A DNA stretch of 64,000 bases, taken from NCBI GenBank assembly GCA_046590575.1, contig JBKJUS010000169.1:818-64817 (forward strand). The letters are read 5' to 3'. A model generated the notes under the pieces. That model was not told the origin of the DNA. It did no database searches and saw nothing but the letters and a program-made list of their open reading frames with translations. The translations under genes were made by a program, and so were the position numbers. This DNA comes from Mycobacteriales bacterium. GTDB lineage: Bacteria; Actinomycetota; Actinomycetes; BP-191. Shown here in pieces: positions 29,401-37,692 of this stretch; positions within the stretch are counted from its first letter, which is position 1, and each line of letters opens with the position of its first letter.

Positions 29401-29485
29401 CGGGAGCCGAGCGGACTTCCTCGACGGCTACCGGCGCGCGACTCGGCGCGCTCGCGCAGTGGTGGAGAGGGTGTTTTACGCGTGA
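26441..29485 (+). CDS. glnE: bifunctional glutamine synthetase adenylyltransferase/adenylyl-removing enzyme
   Basis: Two nucleotidyltransferase domains with GlnE-specific motifs. 1014 aa. Confidence 0.9.
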   Translation: MASEGTGADARLTRLGFTDPRAARALLGPDGLRLWGSDGAVDAGAAAILAALAHVANPDLALGALGRLVTVVPKPAVLLAALRSSAGLRERLLGVLGTSTVLGDHLVRHPRSWPTLADNRIAASRPSALGLREQLLAAVGADVTAPLPWGSGAGSRASGAGDDVLDELRTAYRSALLRLAARDVAGGIAIDDVAAELADLAAATLEAALAVAVAAIEPDVEPCRIAVIGMGKCGGRELNYVSDVDVVFVAEALPGGDEARALRTATRLAEGLIKACSATTREGSIWPVDAGLRPEGRSGPLVRTLASHAAYYERWAKNWEFQALLKARPVAGDLALGQDYLRVIAPMVWSQAPRPDLVADVQAMKKRVEGSVAPKESGRQLKLAPGGLRDVEFSVQLLQLVHGRADETLRVRSTLEGLERLAKGGYVAIEDAERLADAYRFLRGVEHRLQLQRLRRTHTLPTEPAALRWVARSMGFRDGARGTATEGLLAERARHAVEVRRLHEKLFYRPLLTAVARLPADAIRLAPEAARERLDALGFADSAGALRHLEAMTGGLSRRASVLRTMLPVMLPWFAAAHDPDSGLLAFRTVSEQLGSSPWFIALLRDSEVVAERLASLLSSSKFVADLLGRAPEAVAIVARDAELAPRTAAALHEEFGSVVARHHDAEAAAAAVRGLRRHELLRVACADLLGMVDVDGVGPALSDVSDATLAATLDVAQRHVTAVRGAPLDVRLVVVGMGRLGGREQGYGSDADVLFVHEPMDGADEAAAAATAKNIAEELRRLLSVPSPDPPLLVDAGLRPEGRQGALTLSLSGYARYYAGRAAVWEAQALLRARVVAGDADLGNRFCELIEPVRWPESFSDESVTEIRRIKARVETERLSRGVDRHRHTKLGPGAIADVEWTVQLLQLRYAHSTPTLRTASTLDALAAAAAAGLIPPDDADLLCTAWQAATAARNGLTLVRGRAHDVLPDDARTLAGVARAVGYPAGSRADFLDGYRRATRRARAVVERVFYA

Positions 29486-30390
29486 CGAGCCAGAGCTGGC
29501 CGAGCGGGCGGCCGTCGATAGCCGGAGCCGACTCACGGTTCGTAGCCGTGAAGGGGGTGCGCTTCCACGTCCACGGTGCGCGGCCCTCACGCAAGCGGCG
29601 TACGACGCCGGTGCTGCTTCTGCATGGCGTGCCGGAGACGGCCGCTTGCTGGCGCGACCTCATGCCGGAGCTGGCCAAGGACCGCGTGGTCATCGCGCCC
29701 GACCTGAAGGGGCTGGGCCTGTCGGAGGCACGCGGACCCTACGACCTCGCGACGGTAGCCGCCGAGCTGGCCGCTCTGGTTCTGCACGAGGTGGACGGCC
29801 CCGTCGATGTCGTCGGGCACGACTGGGGCGGGTCGATCGCGCTGGCCCTCGCGGGTGCCCGACCGGAACTGGTCCGTCGCGTCGTCGACATCTCCGGGCC
29901 GTACCGCAAGGTCAACCTGCTGCGGGCATTTCACATCCCCCTGTTGTCATTGCCGGCGTTGCCCGAGCTCGCGTTTCGGGCCGGCGGGCGTCGTCTCGTG
30001 CGGGCGATGTTCGACTACGGGTGGAAGGCTGATCCGCGACTGCCTGAAGAGGTGCTCACCCACTACGTCGACAGCTACGCCGACCCGGCGCGCGTGGAGG
30101 CGATGCTCAGCTACTTCCGGGCGACTACCCGGCCGCGTGTCGTCGCTGCCGTCCAGGGCCTGCTTGGGCAGGACGCAGGTCCGGCCGGGCCGCCGCGGGT
30201 GCGGGTCGAGCGGTCGCTTGTCGTATGGGGTGCTGCGGACCCCGCGCTGCCCCTCTCGGATGGCGAGAGCGTCGTCAACGACCTCGGCGCATCCTCGACC
30301 ATGCTCAGCCTGCCCGGGGTCGGCCACTGGCCGCTCGAGGAGGCCCGGGACGTCGTCGTACCCGCGGTCGCGGAGTTCCTCAGGTCGTGA
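29482..30390 (+). CDS. alpha/beta hydrolase fold protein
   Basis: HGxP motif (LLLHGVPE), nucleophile elbow GHDWGG and a C-terminal His. GTGA overlap with glnE. Confidence 0.7.
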   Translation: MTSQSWPSGRPSIAGADSRFVAVKGVRFHVHGARPSRKRRTTPVLLLHGVPETAACWRDLMPELAKDRVVIAPDLKGLGLSEARGPYDLATVAAELAALVLHEVDGPVDVVGHDWGGSIALALAGARPELVRRVVDISGPYRKVNLLRAFHIPLLSLPALPELAFRAGGRRLVRAMFDYGWKADPRLPEEVLTHYVDSYADPARVEAMLSYFRATTRPRVVAAVQGLLGQDAGPAGPPRVRVERSLVVWGAADPALPLSDGESVVNDLGASSTMLSLPGVGHWPLEEARDVVVPAVAEFLRS

Positions 30391-31751
30391 CGGGGGCACC
30401 ACGGGAACGCCCCGGGCGGTACGCCGATGCGCTCAAGGTCAGGGAGTTTCGCGCTCTCTATATCGCTCAGGTTGCTTCTGGCATCGGCGACCAGGTCGCC
30501 AAGGTGGCGCTCGCGGTCCTGGTCTACGACCGCACGTCCTCGCCCTTGCTTGCGGCGTTGGCCTACGCCGCGGGATTCCTTCCATGGATCGTCGCGGGTC
30601 CGGTGCTCAGTCCGCTTGCCGACCGGCTCCCGCGTCGCCGGGTCATGGTGGTCTGCGAGCTGGGTCGTGCCGCTCTCTTCGGCGCGATGGCGCTCCACGG
30701 CGTCCCGCTTCTCGTGCTCTTCGTGCTGCTCTTTCTGGCCAGCATCCTCGCGCCTCCGTTCGAAGCTGCCCGGGCGGCGACGTTGCCCGACGTGCTGACC
30801 GGTGACCTGTACGTCGTGGGCTCCTCGCTCGGTGCGATCTCCAGCCAGCTGGTGCAGGTGCTCGGGTTCGCGGGCGGCGGCGCACTCGTGGCAGCCGTCG
30901 GGGCGCGAGGCGCGCTCGGCCTCGACGCGGTGACATTCGCGGTGTCCGGCCTGTTGCTCCTCGTCCGTCTCGTGTCGAGGCCGCCCGCCGCGACCGGCGC
31001 CCGCCCGACCCTGGTAGCAGATGTCCGCGAAGGCTCGCGCGTCGTCTTCGCCAGCCCAGTGCTGCGCTCGATCCTGCTGCTGGCATGGGTGGGGGCGGCC
31101 TTCTCGATCGTGCCCGAGGGCTTGGCGGTGACGTACGCCGACTCCCGCAATGCCGGGCCGCTGGCGACTGGACTGCTCCTGGCCGCCAATCCGGTAGGCG
31201 CTGTCATCGGGGCTTTCGCCATAGGTCGGCTGGTCGCGCCATCCCGTCGGCTGCGGCTGATGCTTCCCTTGGCCGTGTTGACCTTCCTTCCGCTCATGGG
31301 CACGGTCGTGCACCCTCCGGTCGCCGTGGCCTGCCTGCTGTGGGCGATGAGCGGAGTCGGTCTGGCTTTCCAGCTCCCGGCCAACGCGACATTTGTCGCA
31401 GGCGTACCAGCCGCCTCGCGAGGTCGCGCCTTCGGGTTGGCGCAGTCTGGGCTGCAGGTCTTCCAGGGCCTGGCGCTTACGGTAGGTGGGGCACTCGCGC
31501 AAGTTCTGCCGGTGCAGCGCGTCGTCACGCTCGCCGGGCTCGTCGGCCTGTGCGGGGTGCTGCTGCTCGCCCGTTCCTGGCCGCATGCGGCGATGGAAGC
31601 GGTGCATGCGCCCGCGTCGAGCGTCGGCTGGCCGGACGAGGTGGTGGTCACCGACGACGACTCCACGACGAACCTGGAGATGCCCGTGTGGACCGGGCCG
31701 TACGTGCTGCGCCCGGCGGCGAGGGAGATGATCATCCGACTGGTTCCGTGA
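30387..31751 (+). CDS. MFS transporter
   Basis: 12-TM MFS with an EntS-like sequence. GTG start overlaps the hydrolase stop. Start uncertain. Confidence 0.6.
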   Translation: MTGAPRERPGRYADALKVREFRALYIAQVASGIGDQVAKVALAVLVYDRTSSPLLAALAYAAGFLPWIVAGPVLSPLADRLPRRRVMVVCELGRAALFGAMALHGVPLLVLFVLLFLASILAPPFEAARAATLPDVLTGDLYVVGSSLGAISSQLVQVLGFAGGGALVAAVGARGALGLDAVTFAVSGLLLLVRLVSRPPAATGARPTLVADVREGSRVVFASPVLRSILLLAWVGAAFSIVPEGLAVTYADSRNAGPLATGLLLAANPVGAVIGAFAIGRLVAPSRRLRLMLPLAVLTFLPLMGTVVHPPVAVACLLWAMSGVGLAFQLPANATFVAGVPAASRGRAFGLAQSGLQVFQGLALTVGGALAQVLPVQRVVTLAGLVGLCGVLLLARSWPHAAMEAVHAPASSVGWPDEVVVTDDDSTTNLEMPVWTGPYVLRPAAREMIIRLVP

Positions 31752-31763
31752 CCCTCGTCGGCG

Positions 31764-32750
31764 TTAGATCGCGACCGGCACTCCGGCTGCGGCCGATTCG
31801 AACGCCGCGTCGAGCACGCGCGCACAAGCGAGCGACTCCTCGACCGGCAGCACCCAGCCCGCGTCACCGGCGATCACCGAGGACATCTCCTCGACCATCA
31901 GCCGGTACGGGTCGGCCGCCGGCACTGGATGGCGGGTTGTGTCGACGCCGTCGGAGACCCACAGCTCGCTGACCTGGTCGACCCACGACGTGTACGGCGC
32001 GTCGCGCAGCTCGATCTCGCCGGCGTCACCGCGCACGACGAGCCACTGCCGTCCCGGCTCATGGATGGAGACGCGCACATCCGCGTCGCCGTCGTCGAAG
32101 GTGACGATCGTCTCCATCGCGAGGTCGACGCCGGTCGGTCCGACATCCGCCTTGGCCGAGACTTCTCTCGGAGCCGCACCACCGAAGGCCCACAGGGCGG
32201 CGGAGACGGCATAGCAACCGACGTCGTACATCGCACCACCGCCGTGTCCCGGGTCGAGCCGGTAGTTCGACTCGTCGGCGATGGCGAAGGCGAAGCCGGC
32301 GCTGACATGTCGCACCCGACCAATTGCCCCGTCTGCAAGCAGGTGCTGGGCCAGCCGCACCCGCGGGTGCCACCGATACCACGAGGCTTCGACGAGCAGC
32401 CGGTCGGCGCGCGTGGCCGCGTCGCGCATCTCCTCCACTTCGCGTGCGGTGAGGCCCAGCGGCTTCTCGCAGAGCACGTGCTTGCCGGCCGCCAGCGCCG
32501 CCACGGTCCACGGCAGGTGCGCATCGTTGGCCAGAGCGATGTAGACGGCATCGACCTGGGAGTCGGCGAGAAGTGCGGCGTAGTCGCCGTACGACGTCGG
32601 CACGCCGTGCCGCGCAGCGAAGGCGGCGGCTCGCTCACTGCTGCGTGCGGCGATTGCCTGGAGGGTGCATCCCTTGGCGCCGCGAATCGCCGCGGCGATC
32701 GCGCGGTCGGCAATCCACCCTGCGCCGAGTACGCCCCAGCGCAGCGTCAT
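31764..32750 (-). CDS. Gfo/Idh/MocA family oxidoreductase
   Basis: N-terminal Rossmann GxGxxA and EKP motif (HVLCEKP). ATGA overlap with the upstream gene. Confidence 0.75.
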   Translation of the reverse strand: MTLRWGVLGAGWIADRAIAAAIRGAKGCTLQAIAARSSERAAAFAARHGVPTSYGDYAALLADSQVDAVYIALANDAHLPWTVAALAAGKHVLCEKPLGLTAREVEEMRDAATRADRLLVEASWYRWHPRVRLAQHLLADGAIGRVRHVSAGFAFAIADESNYRLDPGHGGGAMYDVGCYAVSAALWAFGGAAPREVSAKADVGPTGVDLAMETIVTFDDGDADVRVSIHEPGRQWLVVRGDAGEIELRDAPYTSWVDQVSELWVSDGVDTTRHPVPAADPYRLMVEEMSSVIAGDAGWVLPVEESLACARVLDAAFESAAAGVPVAI

Positions 32751-34417
32751 CAGGCGATCGGCTCTGTTCGGCCGCCGGCGCGCGCAGACCTGGTCGCAGC
32801 CTGCATCACCTCGATGTTTCGGCGTGAGCCCTCGGGGGTGACTGACATCGGCGCGCCGGACTGGAGGTGCTCCGCCAGCTCTCGATGGAACGGCTGCGCC
32901 GGTGGCTTGGGATACGACAGCTGCTGGACCGAGATCCCGCCGGCGCCATCTGGACGCCAGACACTGATCGTGGCGGGCGATTCTGCCGCGGCGAGACGGT
33001 CCTCGGTCAGGTTGCCGATCGCGTCACGCGCGACCACCGACTCGGTCCGCCAGTCACCGCGCACCGCCCCGTGAGTGCCGAGCGCCAACCACTTGGGCTT
33101 GAGCGCCGCGGCGATGTCGGAGTGCACGAACTCCGCCTCGACACCGTCGGCAAAGTGGATCAGCACTCGGCTGTGGTCCGCGTTGGATACGTCGTGCCAC
33201 ACACGCTTGTGGGTCGTCGCGCTGACCGACTGAACCTGCTGCGGGATCAGGTCGAGAATCCAGTCGATGTAGTGCGAGCCCCAGTCGTAGATCGCGCCAC
33301 CGGACACGGCTGCGTCGCTGTGCCAGTAGTTGCACGGGTGGCCGTAGCCACCGATGAACGTCTCGAGCGAAAAGAGGTCACCGATGTCACCCGAGCTGAC
33401 GACCTTCTTGAGGGTGAGGTAGTCGGCGTCCCACCGGCGGTTCTGGTAGACCGCCAGCGTACGGTCGGCGGCGCGCGCAGCGGCGATCATCGCGTCCGCC
33501 TCGTCGGTCGTCAGACAGAATGGCTTCTCGACAACGACGTGTTTGCCGGCCTCGAGAGCGCGCAGCGACCACTCCGCATGTGTGTTGGGCGGAGTCGAGA
33601 TGATGACCAGGCCGACCTCGTCGTCACGGAGCAGGTCTTCGCCGGTGGCGACGCCGCGAAGCTCGGGCGCGAGTGCGCGAGCGGCAGCGACGCGCTCCGG
33701 CAGGCTGTCGCAGACCGCAGCCAGTCGTAGGCCGTTCACGGCCCCGATGGCGGCGTTGTGCTCGTGCCCGATGGCGCCGTAGCCGAGGATGCCCACCCCA
33801 ACGTCCGGTCCGTCCTTTTCGCCGCTGAGCTGCCGGACGAGCCGGTGCACGATGCCGGCGTACGACGCCGCGCCAAGGCTGTCCGGCGTCGAGCCGAGCG
33901 TCAGTGCGGCGATGTTCGACGGTCCCTCGCGCAAGGCCGCGACTGGGTGGTCGACGAGGTGATGGTTGGCGGTGAGCAGCACCCGTACGTCGTCGGCAAC
34001 CTTGTCGACAAGCGGCCAGGCGTCGACTAACAGCAGGTCCCCGGACCACCGGGCGGTGAGGTCACCGGCATCCGGGCCAGGCCGCACGCGTACTTCGTGC
34101 CGGGGGAGCGCCCGTGTCGCGACCAGGCCCACGAGGTCGTGGAGTGCTGTCGCGGCGCTCGCCGCGACCAGAGTGGGTCCGGCCAGGAGAAGTGCGACTC
34201 CCCGTCCGGCAGCGGAGAGCAGCGCGTCCTCGGCGGCGTCGTCGATCGGCCGGTCGGTGAGGACGATCGCCACCGTCGCGGGCGTCGTACGCACGGCTTC
34301 GAGCCCGTCGATGACCGTGACCGAGTGACCTGCTCGGGTGAGCCACCCGGCAAGGTCGTCTGCGGCAGACCGGAGGGCGGGTGCGGCGAGGTCGAGTGCG
34401 AGATGCAGCCTGGTCAT
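32750..34417 (-). CDS. two-domain protein: N-terminal domain of unknown function (possibly ThuA/GATase1-like) fused to a Gfo/Idh/MocA oxidoreductase
   Basis: C-terminal half carries GYGAIG...EKP motifs. The N-terminal 200 aa have no confident assignment. Confidence 0.6.
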   Translation of the reverse strand: MTRLHLALDLAAPALRSAADDLAGWLTRAGHSVTVIDGLEAVRTTPATVAIVLTDRPIDDAAEDALLSAAGRGVALLLAGPTLVAASAATALHDLVGLVATRALPRHEVRVRPGPDAGDLTARWSGDLLLVDAWPLVDKVADDVRVLLTANHHLVDHPVAALREGPSNIAALTLGSTPDSLGAASYAGIVHRLVRQLSGEKDGPDVGVGILGYGAIGHEHNAAIGAVNGLRLAAVCDSLPERVAAARALAPELRGVATGEDLLRDDEVGLVIISTPPNTHAEWSLRALEAGKHVVVEKPFCLTTDEADAMIAAARAADRTLAVYQNRRWDADYLTLKKVVSSGDIGDLFSLETFIGGYGHPCNYWHSDAAVSGGAIYDWGSHYIDWILDLIPQQVQSVSATTHKRVWHDVSNADHSRVLIHFADGVEAEFVHSDIAAALKPKWLALGTHGAVRGDWRTESVVARDAIGNLTEDRLAAAESPATISVWRPDGAGGISVQQLSYPKPPAQPFHRELAEHLQSGAPMSVTPEGSRRNIEVMQAATRSARAGGRTEPIA

Positions 34418-34505
34418 GGCCACCAAGCCTACGGACCACATCCCGACGACGCACGTTGCAGGTGGGAAAATGACCCAGAAGGGCGCCGACGGGTTGCCGC
34501 CGCGC

Positions 34506-35318
34506 TCAAGCTATCGGTACGACGAGGCCGAGTTGGCGGCTCTGCGCCAGCAGCACCCCGGCGTCGTCGTAGATCTCGCAGTCCTCCTCGGCGAAGCCGT
34601 CCGCGACAGCGATCGTCCGGACGTGGCCGAGGCACCAACCTTTGTACGCCGATTGCGGCGGGGACCGAAAGTGGACGGTCAGGTCGACCGTCGGCACGGC
34701 CACCGGCACGGTGGAACGCAGGAAGAGGGTCGGGATCATCGCGTCGACGTAGAGCGCGAGAACGGCGGCGTCGACCGGCCGGCTGTCGGCCAGGCGAAGC
34801 CAACACCAGAACTCTGCCGGCGCCCCGGAGAAGAACGGCTTCGGCTCGACCGGCCGGTAGTCCAGACGCTGCGCCATCGGTGGCGCGGGAAATCCCGGCG
34901 GCGGCGACGGAGACGGCAGCGTCTCGGCAGGCGGAATGTGTGCTGCGGGACCGGCATCCTGAAATCCCTCAGCGCCCCGGCCCGCGCCGAGCGCGGCGAG
35001 GCCGTGCGCCACGAGCCGCTCGCCCTGCCGGAGCCGCACTTCGACGAAGGAAAGCGAACGTCCGGTGCGCGTGATGTCCACCTCGATCTCGGCCGGGCCT
35101 TCGGTAGCCGGTAAGAGGTAGTGCACGCTCAACGACCGAATCGGCTTGGGCTGGGCGTCATCTGCCGCGGCGACCGCCGCTTCGACGGCCCGGACGAGCA
35201 GCGCGGCGACGTAGCCGCCGTGGGGGCCGGTCAGGACGAACCAGGCCGGATCAACGTGGGCGGCGTACCGACCATCGGAGATAAAGGTCAGCGCGATTCC
35301 TTTGTCGAGCTCGCTCAT
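34506..35318 (-). CDS. acyl-CoA thioesterase II-like (double hot-dog) thioesterase family protein
   Basis: TesB-like sequence. ATGA overlap with the upstream MetE-like gene. Confidence 0.6.
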   Translation of the reverse strand: MSELDKGIALTFISDGRYAAHVDPAWFVLTGPHGGYVAALLVRAVEAAVAAADDAQPKPIRSLSVHYLLPATEGPAEIEVDITRTGRSLSFVEVRLRQGERLVAHGLAALGAGRGAEGFQDAGPAAHIPPAETLPSPSPPPGFPAPPMAQRLDYRPVEPKPFFSGAPAEFWCWLRLADSRPVDAAVLALYVDAMIPTLFLRSTVPVAVPTVDLTVHFRSPPQSAYKGWCLGHVRTIAVADGFAEEDCEIYDDAGVLLAQSRQLGLVVPIA

Positions 35319-36823
35319 CGTGATGCTTCCCTGAGTCGGTCTCGGGTGGTGGACAGGACGGCGAGGTGAGCTTCCGCCACCTCAGCGGTGACGATCGGGT
35401 TGTCGGCGAACGTGGCAAACCCGCAGTCCGGGTTGAGCAGCAGCCGTTCGGCTCCGAAGAGGTTGACCGCGTGCCGCCCCCGCGCGACGACTTCATCGAC
35501 CGGGTCGGCCATCTGCGCCTTCTGGTTGACCAGGCCCACTCCGATCCGGCGGTCGTCGGGAAGGTCGGTGAGCACTTCCATCTCGCCCGCCCGCGGCGTA
35601 CACAGCTCGAGTACGTAGGTGCCGAAATCCAGCGAGCTCAGCAGCGGGATCAGCGGCCGGTAGTCGCCCGCCAGAGCCATGGCCTCGTCCGGCGTCCAGT
35701 TGCCTCGGCATACGTGCAGGGCCAACCGGTCCGCCGGCAAGCCGGCGGTGAGCTCTTGCAGGAGACCTTGCGCAAGGTCGAGTTCGTCCCGCACGCTGCC
35801 GCGGTCGCCGAGAGCGCCGCACATGAAGGTCCGGCCGCCCTCGCCGGGTGTGCCGTAGACCACTTCGGTGAGCACCGGCTCGTCGAACTGCACCATCGCG
35901 ACGCCCTCCGCCAGCAGGTGGTGCAGCTCCTCCCGGAGCACCCGCACGATGTCGCGGGCCAGATCTGCTCGGTCGTCGTACGCCCGGTCGGAGATGCACT
36001 CCATCCACATCGTCCGGGTCAGCAGGTAGGGACCCGGCAGGCTGACTTTGATCGGCCTATTCGTCAGACGGCTCACGAACTTCGCCTCGTGCACCGCGAG
36101 GGACCGACTTCGGCCGAGTGGTCCGAACACGGCTGGGTGACGGATCTGGCCGGCCGGTACGTCGAGTGCGGCCAGCTCGGCCTCGAACTGCGCCGGGTCG
36201 TCGACGTAGGGCAACAGGTCGGTGACGGGGATCAGCTGGCAGTTCTCCAGCAAGCCGCCCACGAAACTCGCGTAGTTGTCCCGGCGCTGTTCTCCGTCGG
36301 TCACCACATCCACGCCCGCGCGCAGCTGGGCCTCGACCGACAACCGGACGGCGTCGTCGGCGCTCTCCTCGAAATCGCTCTCGCTCAGCCTGGTCTCGAG
36401 GCGCTCGTGCAGCGCTCGCAGCAGCCATCGTGGTCGCGGCCAGCTGCCGACGCCCATCACCGCCAGCGGTCCGATCGATGGCGCCGGCGCCGGCGCCGGC
36501 AGCGTGGCCGGGATGGTCGGCTTGACCACCGGCTGGGTGATCGGCGCCTGCCGCCGCGCAGCGGCGAACCCGCCCTTGCTGACCAGAAAGCTGCGTTGCG
36601 CGCCGGTCCGCCAGGTGCTGACCAGCTGGTTGCCGGTGAGCCGGCACCAGGCCGGCAGATCCTCCTCGACGGATGATTCCATCGAAAGGATCTCCAGGAG
36701 CTGACCCTGCTTCAGCGGGTCGATGTGCTTGCGGATCAGGAGCAGGAGCCCGTTACCGCAGTCGAGCTCGCCGCCGTCGAAGCTGACGTCAGGCTCGTGC
36801 GGATGCGCCCTGGGACGGCTCAC
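35315..36823 (-). CDS. fusion protein: N-terminal TusA-like domain plus cobalamin-independent methionine synthase (MetE C-terminal, Meth_synt_2) fold domain
   Basis: Residues about 8-75 align with TusA (LDCGNG...DLPAWCRLTGNQLV). The remainder is a Meth_synt_2-like domain that retains the zinc-ligand motifs HVCRGN (HxC) and NPDCGF (DCG). GTG start lies 15 nt after the DsrE stop. Confidence 0.65.
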   Translation of the reverse strand: MSRPRAHPHEPDVSFDGGELDCGNGLLLLIRKHIDPLKQGQLLEILSMESSVEEDLPAWCRLTGNQLVSTWRTGAQRSFLVSKGGFAAARRQAPITQPVVKPTIPATLPAPAPAPSIGPLAVMGVGSWPRPRWLLRALHERLETRLSESDFEESADDAVRLSVEAQLRAGVDVVTDGEQRRDNYASFVGGLLENCQLIPVTDLLPYVDDPAQFEAELAALDVPAGQIRHPAVFGPLGRSRSLAVHEAKFVSRLTNRPIKVSLPGPYLLTRTMWMECISDRAYDDRADLARDIVRVLREELHHLLAEGVAMVQFDEPVLTEVVYGTPGEGGRTFMCGALGDRGSVRDELDLAQGLLQELTAGLPADRLALHVCRGNWTPDEAMALAGDYRPLIPLLSSLDFGTYVLELCTPRAGEMEVLTDLPDDRRIGVGLVNQKAQMADPVDEVVARGRHAVNLFGAERLLLNPDCGFATFADNPIVTAEVAEAHLAVLSTTRDRLREASR

Positions 36824-36837
36824 CGGCGTACGCCGAC

Positions 36838-37176
36838 CTAGTAGGTGACGCAGGGTGCGCCGCTGGCGAGGAACTCCACCAGCTTCGCCCCGCCGACAAT
36901 CGTCGCGCCCTTGATCAGCGCGTTCTCGTCGAGACCGCGCTTCTTGAAGCAGGGGGAGCACACCCAGATGGTCCCGCCGGCCTCGACGAAGTTGGCCATC
37001 AGGTCCTTGAGCGGGGAGAAGCCGTCCTCGTGGATGTCGTCGGCGTAGCCCTCGACGGCTAGCTGCACACCATCGGTGGAGAGGAAGACGAGGGTCTCCT
37101 GATCAGACCCGGCAGCGGCATTCGCCACCACAAAACCCACCGTGACCCGGTCGGGGTCGTTCTTGGCGTTGGTCAT
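36838..37176 (-). CDS. DsrE/DsrF-like family protein
   Basis: 113-aa YchN/DsrE-fold signature (...AGGTIWVCSPCFKKRGL...LVEF). RBS-like GGAAAG. Confidence 0.65.
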   Translation of the reverse strand: MTNAKNDPDRVTVGFVVANAAAGSDQETLVFLSTDGVQLAVEGYADDIHEDGFSPLKDLMANFVEAGGTIWVCSPCFKKRGLDENALIKGATIVGGAKLVEFLASGAPCVTY

Positions 37177-37202
37177 CGACACACAGAACTTTCCAGCCAC
37201 TG

Positions 37203-37445
37203 CTACTCCTTGAGTCGTCGTTGGATGAGGTAGACGGGATGGTCGGCGGCCACCAAGGTGTGGCCCGTCATGCGGCACCATGACGGAATGTCGGCCGGAG
37301 CGCCCGGATCGTGCGCCACGAGCTCGAACATCGCACCCGGCATGAGTGGAGCCAGGCGACGGCGGAGCTCCATGACGAGCTCTCCACAGCCGGTTTGGCC
37401 CGCGTCCCAGCGCTGCACCGCGCTGTCGTCGCTGTCCGCGGGCAC
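37203..37445 (-). CDS. TusA-family sulfur-carrier-like protein (CPxP replaced by CGEL)
   Basis: Aligns along its whole length with E. coli TusA (DAGQTGCGELVMELRRRLAPLMPGAMFELVAHDPGAPADIPSWCRMTGHTLV versus [52 protein letters not shown]). Confidence 0.65.
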   Translation of the reverse strand: MPADSDDSAVQRWDAGQTGCGELVMELRRRLAPLMPGAMFELVAHDPGAPADIPSWCRMTGHTLVAADHPVYLIQRRLKE

Positions 37446-37632
37446 GCGGCTCCTCTCAGCGAACTCGGCGGCGCGCTAGGAGGGGGCGTGGCGCGGACCG
37501 AGGGGTGGACGCTCGCCCGACCGGACGAGAGGCGGGTGGACTCAGCGGTGTGTCATGGCGCGGCCCTCCTCCCGGTCGGTGCTCCAGCAGCGGCAGCCAG
37601 ACTAGCCGGATCCGTATGGCGCCCCCGAACGC

Positions 37633-37669
37633 GAGGGATCCCCGCCGCGAGCCGCGGCGGGGATCCCTC
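37633..37669. terminator. perfect 17-bp stem / 3-nt loop palindrome (GAGGGATCCCCGCCGCG-AGC-CGCGGCGGGGATCCCTC)
   Basis: Found directly in the sequence between the protease gene stop (37693) and the TusA operon. GC-rich hairpin without a U-tract, as is common for actinobacterial intrinsic terminators. Confidence 0.5.
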
Positions 37670-37692
37670 TCGACGTCTGACGGTTGTGCTGG

